DNA of 63,869 nucleotides, the filler included, from Ministeria vibrans ATCC 50519 (Eukaryota > Protista > Filasterea), in the NCBI GenBank assembly GCA_943704425.1. It is 7 parts of 7 records of this genome, joined end to end, with 100 filler letters (N's around TTAATTAATTAA, not from the genome) between each part and the next. Parts side by side here need not be neighbours in the genome. Positions count along the whole stretch, not along the records: positions 18,333 to 49,385 come from CALSCP010001157.1; 6 more parts are not named here. One strand, given 5' to 3'. Every line of letters starts with the position of its first letter. Position 1 is the stretch's first letter. The translations under genes were made by a program, and so were the position numbers. The notes beneath the pieces were generated by a model. It saw only the letters and a list, made by a program, of their open reading frames with translations. It did no database searches and was not told the DNA's origin. Positions 32,666 to 43,516 of this stretch are shown piece after piece.

Positions 32666-33903
32666 GATATAATGGTGGTACCAGATGTGATGGAATAGAC
32701 AAGCGTATTGCTGATGATGAGGGTGGCGAGACAGGAAAGGTTGTGGAATGGGGTGGCGTCAAGAACGAGGGGGGCGGTGGCGCGATTGACGTTGTTAAAG
32801 TTGAAGTATTCAAGGGAGGAGAGCATGGAAAAGTCAAGGGGTGAGATGAAGCCGCCGGAGAAGGTGAAGGTACGAAGACGAGAGAGTGCGGGCGAGAAGA
32901 AGTGCGCGGGGTCACGGTTGACGACGTCAATGGAGAGAGTGAGTGATTCCAGGAAAGGGTTGTAGCGTCCAAAGGGAGCGTCGTTGTCGCTGTTGAGCGG
33001 GTAGCTGAGAAACATTGTGCCGAAATTGAGAGTTCGCAGATTGGTGAGAGGGTCCAACAGAGTGATGTTGAAGCCGGGGTTCGTTTGCGGACCTTTTAGA
33101 ACCACTACAGGAATGTTGAGAGACTGTAGGGTGGCGCCAATGCCTCGAAACAAGTCAACTGGCGGATCAGAGTAAAACTCAATGTCTGGAAGGGCAAGGC
33201 TGACGAGCGAGTCGAGGCCGTCAAAGGCGCGCGCTGACACGTTCGTGAACGAGATGGCGGCCCACTCCAGCTCGCGTAGATGCGTCAGGTTGGTGAAGAG
33301 ACCGTCTACAACATAGTTATGGGCCAGATAGCTCGAACCGAACGCAACTGACTCGAGGAGTCGCGTGTGGCGGAAAAAATGCACACTAACAGGATGTGTC
33401 GGGCCGTTGGCGGTCGTGTTGAAGTGCCGCAGATTAGAACACTTCTCCAAAAGACGCTCTGGTAACTGCAGTAGATTGCCTTCCACCCATATGAGTTGTT
33501 GAAGGCTTGAGAGGGCCCAAAAGAGACGCTCGGGGATGTTTTGGAGAGTGAACGTTTGAGACAAGTTCAAAACTTCGAGAGAGGACAAGCCGGCAAAAGA
33601 CGCATTGTACACGTCGGTCAGGTAGTTGTTGCCCGCCAGGTTGAGGTAGACAAGGCTGCGAAGAGAGGCAAAGCCATTCGAAGGAAGAGAAAGCAGCAGG
33701 TTGCCTGAGAGGTCGAGGGACGTGACGAGAAGGGCGTCCGTCAGATCAAGCTGAGACAGTGACGAAATGCCGCGAGACGAGCAGTTGATTGCGACATCCA
33801 AGCCTACACTATGCTCACAGCTACACAAATCACATATAGGGAGCCCAAGTGGCAACGCCGGCTGCAGAAGGAGCGCAAACGCTGCGAGAGCAGCGATCAA
33901 CAT
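28410..33903 (-). CDS. LRR receptor kinase: signal peptide, LRR-NT, many LRRs, EGF/furin-like Cys-rich region, TM, TKL kinase; ~14 exons
   Basis: MLIAALAAFALLLQPALP; CDLCSC..INCSSRGI; LDLSGNLL-type repeats; CVERCP..CLACDASC..CSGPGPSSC furin-like repeat; TM then RRNKR; GRGAFGDV, VAVK, HRDLKAENCL, DFG, GSLLWQAPE, CW..EPKSRPTF. Confidence 0.85.
29432..29836. repeat. Intronic (GA)n array with repeated AAACAAAGTGATAG and AAAGTTAAGAG units
   Basis: Directly visible. Confidence 0.9.
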
Positions 33904-34122
33904 GAATAAAGACTGCTTATTAATTCTTGTGAACTAATTTACTTTCCCGCTACAATTCGATTCATTCATTAGACACTAAATCATTCATGGCATTTGAATT
34001 TTGAGTGTAAACTGAAACCGAAACACCAATATTTTGAAGAATAATAATAATAATATATTATTTTATTATTGTCTTTCTTCTTATTATATTATTCTCTCTC
34101 TTCCTCTCACTTTCTCTCTTTG

Positions 34123-37100
34123 CTACGCAAAATCTTCAGTCTGGCCGCTATGGTGACCCAAAAACAAGGGATTGAAGGAATGATCAATGGAGTTTGAGGT
34201 GTCGCGACTGTTCATCTGAAGCATTCCACTCTGTGCGTATGTCGCGTCAGACGAGTACGCACCGCCCACAGCGCTAAAGGCAGCGGCTGCGTCGCTGTCG
34301 GTGCCACCTGCAATGACACTGCTCGATGCAAACGATGCCTTGCGACGGCCTCGCCAGACGGCGATGGTGATGACAAGAGCGACGAGAATGGCAACGCCAA
34401 TGGCCGCGACAACGCCAATCAGGAGCGTTGTGTCACTGCTGCTGCCATTGTTGGTGTTTGGCGACGACAGTGCCGTCACATAGCCCGGTCCACTGACCAG
34501 CCCGCAGGCGGTGCCCGACGCACAGCCAGCGGCACGACGGCGAGTAGTGGGCAGCGCAAGCAACGCAAAGCCACTCGCACCAAACAGGGGCGCAAAGTAG
34601 AGACGGGCACCCGTCGCTCCCGCGTTGATGGGAATGCTGACGGTGAATGCACCGCCCGCACTTGCACTGAGATTGATTTCAAAGACACTGCTCACTTGCA
34701 CTTTGTTGCTCGTTGTCGGTGGAACATTGCCCGATCCCGGCGAAGAGGCTGTCGTGACCGACACCTGTGTGCTACTGGCGAACACACCGCTGGGCACCAC
34801 AAGCGACACCCCACTCTCGGGTAGACTGAAAGTACCTCCAGACGCAGGCACACTTACAAGGTCGCCTGAGCAGTCCGAGCCGGTATAGGCGGCAGCGCAG
34901 AGACACGAGAACGCATGCAATTGGTTTATGCAGGTCCCACCGTTGGTACAGGGTGTCGAGGCACACTCGTCGAGTACGTCCGTTTCACTTTCGCACTGCG
35001 CACCGGTGTACAAACCAGCACAAGTGCATATGTGGCCTAGATGGGCATCCGAACATGTGCCGCCGTTCTGACACGGCAACGACGCACATTCATCAATGGA
35101 GGTCTCACACAGGGAGCCAGTCCAGCCCGCCCCGCACACACATGTACGCCCGGACACTTGATCCACACATGATGCGCCATTCTGACACACTGCTAACGTC
35201 TGACACTCGTCCATGTCCGTCTCGCACAGCACACCCTCAAACCCACTGCTACACGTACATGAGAAGGAGTTCACTTGGTCAACACACGTGGCACCGTTGG
35301 AACACGGAAACGACACACACTCGTCCATGTCAATCGAGCACGACGCACCCGTGTATCCGGCCGCACAGACACAGGTGTACGTCACTCCACTGCTTGAACA
35401 TGTAGCGCCGTTCTGACACGGTCCAGACGCGCACTCGTCGATTGCCGTTGCACATGTCGAGTCTGTGAAGCCTGCGGCACAAGTACAGATGTACGTCACT
35501 CCGTTGGTTGAACATGTAGCGCCATNNNNNNGGTTGAACATGTAGCGCCGTTCTGACACGGGTTAGACGCGCACTCGTCGATTGCCGTTGCACATGTCGA
35601 GTCTGTGAAGCCTGCGGCACAAGTACAGATGTACGTCACTCCGTTGGTTGAACATGTAGCGCCATTCTGACACGGTCCAGACGCGCACTCGTCGATTGCC
35701 GTTGCACATGTCGAGTCTGTGAAGCCTGCGGCACAAGTACAGATGTACGTCACTCCGTTAGTTGAACATGTAGCGCCGTTCTGACACGGGTTAGACGCGC
35801 ACTCGTCGATTGCCGTTGCACATGTCGAGTCTGTGAAGCCTGCGGCACAAGTACAGATGTACGTCACTCCGTTGGTTGAACATGTAGCGACGTTCTGACA
35901 CGGGTTAGACGCGCACTTGTTCATGTCAATCGAGCACGACGCACCCGTGTATCCGGCCGCACAGACACAGGTGTACGTCACTCCACTGCTTGAACATGTA
36001 GCGCCGTTCTGACACGGGTTAGACGCGCACTCGTCAATCTCCGTTGCGCATGTCGAGCCAGTATACCCTGTGGCACACACACATGCGAAAGAGCCCACGT
36101 TGTCCCCGCAAATTGCGCCGTTTTCGCAGGGACTTGACGCACACTCATTAACCTCTGTCGCACAGGTCACGCCAGTAAAACCTGTCGCACAGGTGCACAA
36201 AAACGTGCCCGCAGCACCATTCACACAGGTAGCGGCATTACGGCAGGGAAGCGCATCGCAACCGTTGACAACTGTACCGCAAGTTACGCCCGTGAATCCT
36301 GCGCTGCAGGAACATGTGTAACCACCAGCGATGTCCGATGCACAGGTCCCACCGTTTAAACACGGTTGTGACAAACACTCGTTTGGTGAAACAGTGCAGA
36401 AATCACCCGTGTACCCGTGCATACAGACACACATCACTTGAGACAGAGAGAAGACACAGGTGCCCGAATTGGCACAAGGCGATGAAAGGCAGCCCAATTC
36501 ACACCCAACGCCGTCGGGCCCTTCACCCGCCGCCGCCTGGTACTCTTCCAGTCCGACAAGCCACACTGCAGTTGCATTGTTGCCGGTCAATCCCTCCGAC
36601 CATCTCTGGAAGTGATCNNNNNNNNNNNNNNNNNNNNNNNNNNNNNNNNNNNNNNNNNNNNNNNNNNNNNNNNNNNNNNNNNNNNNNNNNNNNNNNNNNN
36701 NNNNNNNNNNNNNNCGACGCCGTCGGGCCCTTCACCCGCCGCCGCCTGGTACTCTTCCAGTCCGACAAGCCACACTGCAGTTGCATTGTTGCCGGTCAAT
36801 CCCTCCGACCATCTCTGGAAGTGATCCGGATCGTCCACCGCACTCAAAAAGTCCACAAGACAAATTCCATTCTGCTTGTTTACCGGAACCACCGGCGGCG
36901 GTGCACTTCCATTTCCGCCTGCCGCCATGTCCTGCAACAGCGAAATGTACTCTGTCACCTCAACCCCTTGGTTGTCGCACGTATCTCCCGCCTTGGCATT
37001 CCACAATGCAGCTCCAATCCACCCGCCGGTCGACGTGCAACCTGCAGGCGTCGTCACCGCACCCGGACACTGGCTCACCTGTGTCACCGGCAAACACGAT

Positions 37101-40100
37101 CCCAGTCCTGACGGACACCACACCTCCGTTTGACAGTCGCACGCTGGTTCTTCTCGTCCCAGTCCCACATACTCACTCAACGGCTGGCACTTGACTCCCA
37201 CCGCTCCACAGTCGCTGTCCTGCGTGCAATACTCAAACTGCAGTGGGTTCATCAGCGTCGCACAGTCGCTGCCGACACAGTCCACATAGACGTCCGGCAA
37301 TCCTTGCGACGCGCCCGCATACGGTGTTCCCAACGCCGCCGAACACTGTCGCACCGTCAAGCGCAGCGTCGCTTGTTTTCCCGCAAACAGCGTCTCCAGT
37401 CCCGAAAACTGCATGCGGCACGTGCCCGTCGCGAGCCAGTCGCCCAGTCGACAGCCCGCCGGCAACACCGCCCGCTTTGTCACCGACGAGAATGTGTTCG
37501 TTCGCATCTCATTCCACACATTCGGCAATACGACCGTCGTCGGTGTGTATGCGCTCCACTCGGACGAGAACTCAAACATTCGCTGCCAGAATGCCGGACT
37601 GAGCGGGTTGTTTTGCAGCATAAACGATGCACTGTCGATGTCTGCCACGCCTCCGAGGCAGCTGGCCAACTGTCGTCCCAGCACACCAACCATCTCGGAC
37701 GCGACACGCTGCATCGTTTGCGTGCGCATCCCCAGCGAAATGTGCGTCGCGGGTAGCAGTTCAATCGTGCCGTCGCATCCCATGTGGAACACCGGCACCG
37801 TGCCCTCCAACACAGAAGCGCACGTGTTGGGTGTCGTACTCGCAAACGCATTTCCAGACAGGCGCGACGTCGACGCGACCGACGTGACTCCGTCATACAG
37901 AGTCCCGTCCCACGCCTGCAGTGCAGGCATCGCACCGCCACACACAATGTGCGCGTCTGTCGATGCGGTGCATCCATTCAAGAACCACGTCCCGACCGGC
38001 GTGTGGATCGGGTTTGCAAGCGCCGCTCCGCCAATTTCCGTGTTCTGCGTCGCAGGTGCGTATCCCTCGCTGCCCGTATTGGTGTCGCCAAACTGGTAGA
38101 ACATTGTCGCCATGTAACGAAACGCGACACTGCACTTGCACGCCAGCACCATGTTTGTCCCGTACAGTGCCTCGCAGAACGGGTGCAGCGTCCGCAGATT
38201 CCCATAGTAGTATGATGTGCTTGTCAATTGCGTCGAGCACTGCGTCACCGAACCCAACTCTCCGTACATCGTCAGGCCGTCCCACCCGTTCACATTTGAA
38301 CAGTTGAACGCCGTGCAGAACTGACGCCACGCTGCATCCACGCTTGCCACCACTGCATTGCACTGGCATTGCTCCGTCAACGTCGCTCCTCCTCCGCACA
38401 CCGCCGCATTGGCACTCACTGTGCCCGCCATGCACTCCTGGTATTGTCCTCGTGGGAACACCGTCGAGCTCGTACAGTCGAGCTCAGCACACGTCTGACT
38501 CGTCTGCGTGCTCACCACCGACGTTGTCGCCGACAGCGACATCCAGCCCCATGCAAAGTCTGGTGTCATGCGCGGAAACCCAAACGACTCTTGCATCCAC
38601 GCAATCGGCGACACCTCCAACACCTCCGACGGCGAGTACTCAGTCGGGCCCGACTGCGCGCCGCCCACCACTCCGTCTCGCACCACCGCCAGGCCGCACA
38701 TGCCCAGTGTCGGCACCGTGTTCAGCGACGCTGCCACGTTGCCCGCCGCACCCGTATAGAAGGTGTTCTGCATCCACGATCGCAACTGCTGTACCAGCCA
38801 GTCTCCGATATAGGTGTCGGTCGGTCCTTGCGGCTTCCCGGTAAACGATTCTTGGTCACCCACGTTGCCGCACTGCGCACGTGCCCCGGCAGTTGCACTC
38901 CACGGGAACACCAGCCAGCTTGACAGTTGCTCTGTCAGCTGGTTCACCAGCGTCTCGGCGTTCAGCGACCATCCTGGCGCGCCCGACAACAGCGACACCA
39001 AGTTGACACACTCCGTCCCGCTACCACAATCGCTGTCGCGCGAGCACGGTTTCATCATCTGCTCGCACGCCGCACCGCTGCACGTCAACGACATGTACGG
39101 CAGCCAGGGCGTGTCTGCGTCGCCACCGCCATTGAACTCCGCGGGACACTCGCGCACCGACAGCTGCAGTCGCATTCCCGCATACGCCGCCTGTGGCAAT
39201 GCCAGTTGCATCTGACACCCGCTCGTTGAGTACGTGGTGTAGTCACAGGTGGTGGTAGGAAACGGCGTTGCCGAGAAGACATCCTGCAACGACGCCCACG
39301 ATCGCTCAAATGCCTGTGGCCCCGAGCATGTCGAGTCGAGGGCCGACTTCAGCGGCGGATTCTGAATCGCACGCAGCAGATTGACGATGCGCGGCGAGAA
39401 AAACTCATCGACTTGCGTCGGCGAAAGGTTCGGACAATGGCACTTGGCCTGACGCTCAAACGCGTCGACCACATGGGCGTACACCGTCTGTGCCTGTTTG
39501 CCGTCAAGCGACATGCTCAGGAGCGGTTGCGACGGAAGAAGGTGCAACTGGCGTTTGCAGTCGAACACAAAAATATCTGATGCACCCGTGCTCGTCGTCA
39601 CTACACACTCTAACGCACGGCCCTGCCACACGCCGTTATTGCACTGCTGCTGAGCCGGTCCGTTCAACACCGTGAACCCCGATGCGCACGTCACCGAGCA
39701 CTTCGTTCCATGTGCCGTCGCTCCGTCGCTACATGTTACCGCAGTCCCATTTGATGGAACTGGCAGCGCTGTACACGTTGCATATGCACCGCACGTAAGC
39801 TGTGCATTCCCTGCCACAGACGCACCTCCGACACTGCTACTCCACGCGCCGTTGTAGCATGACAGCGAAGCAGTGCTTGCCGCTCCCGCTCCCGACACAT
39901 AGAAATAGGCGGGTGACGAGCACGAACACATCGAGCCGTGCATTGAGCCGCTCGTACACGTGGTGCCCGCACCCATCTGCGGTGCACAATTCGAAAATGC
40001 AACGCACTGCAGCGTCGCCGATGAGTCCGTCGCACCGCCGCCACTCCAGATGCCGCCGACACATTGTTGCACAATTGTGTCGCCCACCGCATTCGATGCC

Positions 40101-43100
40101 GAATAGTAGCCGCTTGCACAGTACGTCGTGCACACCATGAGCGAGCCGGTTGTGTTGCAAAATCGCTCCGTGCCTGCGCCGACACTGGGCAGCGTCGGGC
40201 ACGATGGGACCGAAGCAGCACCAATCCCACATCCGACGCCGTCGGGCCCTTCACCCGCCGCCGCCTGGTACTCTTCCAGTCCGACAAGCCACACTGCAGT
40301 TGCATTGTTGCCGGTCAATCCCTCCGACCATCTCTGGAAGTGATCCGGATCGTCCACCGCACTCAAAAAGTCCACAAGACAAATTCCATTCTGCTTGTTT
40401 ACCGGAACCACCGGCGGCGGTGCACTTCCATTTCCGCCTGCCGCCATGTCCTGCAACAGCGAAATGTACTCTGTCACCTCAACCCCTTGGTTGTCGCACG
40501 TGTCTCCCGCCTTGGCATTCCACAACGCAGCTCCAATCCACCCGCCGGTCGACGTGCAACCTGCAGGCGTCGTCACCGCACCCGGACACTGGCTCACCTG
40601 TGTCACCGGCAAACACGATCCCAGTCCTGACGGACACCACACCTCCGTTTGACAGTCGCACGCTGGTTCTTCTCGTCCCAGTCCCACATACTCACTCAAC
40701 GGCTGGCACTTGACTCCCACCGCTCCACAGTCGCTGTCCTGCGTGCAATACTCAAACTGCAGTGGGTTCATCAGCGTCGCACAGTCGCTGCCGACACAGT
40801 CCACATAGACGTCCGGCAATCCTTGCGACGCGCCCGCATACGGTGTTCCCAACGCCGCCGAACACTGTCGCACCGTCAAGCGCAGCGTCGCTTGTTTTCC
40901 CGCAAACAGCGTCTCCAGTCCCGAAAACTGCATGCGGCACGTGCCCGTCGCGAGCCAGTCGCCCAGTCGACAGCCCGCCGGCAACACCGCCCGCTTTGTC
41001 ACCGACGAGAATGTGTTCGTTCGCATCTCATTCCACACATTCGGCAATACGACCGTCGTCGGTGTGTATGCGCTCCACTCGGACGAGAACTCAAACATTC
41101 GCTGCCAGAATGCCGGACTGAGCGGGTTGTTTTGCAGCATAAACGATGCACTGTCGATGTCTGCCACGCCTCCGAGGCAGCTGGCCAACTGTCGTCCCAG
41201 CACACCAACCATCTCGGACGCGACACGCTGCATCGTTTGCGTGCGCATCCCCAGCGAAATGTGCGTCGCGGGTAGCAGTTCAATCGTGCCGTCGCATCCC
41301 ATGTGGAACACCGGCACCGTGCCCTCCAACACAGAAGCGCACGTGTTGGGTGTCGTACTTGCAAACGCATTTCCAGACAGGCGCGACGTCGACGCGACCG
41401 ACGTGACTCCGTCATACAGAGTCCCGTCCCACGCCTGCAGTGCAGGCATCGCACCGCCACACACAATGTGCGCGTCTGTCGATGCGGTGCATCCATTCAA
41501 GAACCACGTCCCGACCGGCGTGTGGATCGGGTTTGCAAGCGCCGCTCCGCCAATTTCCGTGTTCTGCGTCGCAGGTGCGTATCCCTCGCTGCCCGTATTG
41601 GTGTCGCCAAACTGGTAGAACATTGTCGCCATGTAACGAAACGCGACACTGCACTTGCACGCCAGCACCATGTTTGTCCCGTACAGTGCCTCGCAGAACG
41701 GGTGCAGTGTCCGCAGATTCCCATAGTAGTATGATGTGCTTGTCAATTGCGTCGAGCACTGCGTCACCGAACCCAACTCTCCGTACATCGTCAGGCCGTC
41801 CCACCCGTTCACGTTTGAACAGTTGAACGCCGTGCAGAACTGACGCCACGCTGCATCCACGCTTGCCACCACTGCATTGCACTGGCATTGCTCCGTCAAC
41901 GTCGCTCCTCCTCCGCACACCGCCGCATTGGCACTCACTGTGCCCGCCATGCACTCCTGGTATTGTCCTCGTGGGAACACCGTCGAGCTCGTACAGTCGA
42001 GCTCAGCACACGTCTGACTCGTCTGCGTGCTCACCACCGACGTTGTCACCGACAGCGACATCCAGCCCCATGCAAAGTCTGGTGTCATGCGCGGAAACCC
42101 AAACGACTCTTGCATCCACGCAATCGGCGACACCTCCAACACCTCCGACGGCGAGTACTCAGTCGGGCCCGACTGCGCGCCGCCCACCACTCCGTCTCGC
42201 ACCACCGCCAGGCCGCACATGCCCAGTGTCGGCACCGTGTTCAGCGACGCTGCCACGTTGCCCGCCGCACCCGTATAGAAGGTGTTCTGCATCCACGATC
42301 GCAACTGCTGTACCAGCCAGTCTCCGATATAGGTGTCGGTCGGTCCTTGCGGCTTCCCGGTAAACGATTCTTGGTCACCCACATTGCCACACTGCGCACG
42401 TGCCCCGGCAGTTGCACTCCACGGGAACACCAGCCAGCTTGACAGTTGCTCTGTCAGCTGGTTCACCAGCGTCTCGGCGTTCAGCGACCATCCTGGCGCG
42501 CCCGACAACAGCGACACCAAGTTGACACACTCCGTCCCGCTACCACAATCGCTGTCGCGCGAGCACGGTTTCATCATCTGCTCGCACGCCGCACCGCTGC
42601 ACGTCAACGACATGTACGGCAGCCAGGGCGTGTCTGCGTCGCCACCGCCATTGAACTCCGCGGGACACTCGCGCACCGACAGCTGCAGTCGCATTCCCGC
42701 ATACGCCGCCTGTGGCAATGCCAGTTGCATCTGACACCCGCTCGTTGAGTACGTGGTGTAGTCACAGGTGGTGGTAGGAAACGGCGTTGCCGAGAAGACA
42801 TCCTGCAACGACGCCCACGATCGCTCAAATGCCTGTGGCCCCGAGCATGTCGAGTCGAGGGCCGACTTCAGCGGCGGATTCTGAATCGCACGCAGCAGAT
42901 TGACGATGCGCGGCGAGAAAAACTCATCGACTTGCGTCGGCGAAAGGTTCGGACAATGGCACTTGGCCTGACGCTCAAACGCGTCGACCACATGGGCGTA
43001 CACCGTCTGTGCCTGTTTGCCGTCAAGCGACATGCTCAGGAGCGGTTGCGACGGAAGAAGGTGCAACTGGCGTTTGCAGTCGAACACAAAAATGTCCGAT

Positions 43101-43165
43101 GCGCCAGTCGCGCTCGTCGCCACGACAGAACTCAATACTACTACTACAATCGTCAACAATTGCAT
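34123..43165 (-). CDS. Giant intronless type I membrane protein: signal peptide, 2+ copies of a ~950-aa Cys-rich module separated by 3 Sushi/CCP domains, >15 EGF repeats, ZU5-like domain, TM, tail with NPLF; spans two N gaps
   Basis: ORFs 36587-43300, 35496-36590 and 34123-35559 are contiguous in content across the gaps; MQLLTIVVVVLSSVVATSA signal; DECASNPCQNGATC cbEGF; GGTFSLPESGVSLVVPSG ZU5-like; LLIGVVAAIGVAILVALVITIAVW-RGRRK TM. Confidence 0.85.
35340..36050 (-). repeat. Near-identical 114-bp tandem coding repeats (EGF units)
   Basis: gcactcgtcgattgccgttgcacatgtcgagtctgtgaagcc recurs at 35571, 35685 and 35799 (period 114) and near 35430. Confidence 0.9.
36716..43102 (-). repeat. ~2.87-kb direct repeat (about 36716-39583 and 40235-43102; offset 3519 bp) within the giant ORF
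   Basis: ORF-track translations in several frames recur at +3519 with only ~8 substitutions. Confidence 0.95.
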
Positions 43166-43516
43166 GAGAGTCGTAGATAAGAAAGTATACTGAATTATTG
43201 CGCTGCTTTCCATACAACTAACGTGGCTCTGCTTTCGGAGTTGATTATCGCTTATTTTTTCCTTCTGCTCTGATTTCCGGATTCGTCCCTTGTTGACCAA
43301 TTTCCCCCGGCGCGGGTGTGAATGCTTTGTAAAGTGTTCCTTATTGCTATACCAACGCGGCTTTCGTGGCGGACAGTCTCAGTTTGTCGAACGGGAGCTG
43401 TTTTTTTTTTTTTTGTGTGTTGAATTTGTTATCATACTTTTCGTTTCTTCCCTCGTTTCGTTTATTTACCGTCCACGATCAATTAATTTTTGCCACCTGC
43501 CCATTTTATTGAAAGC

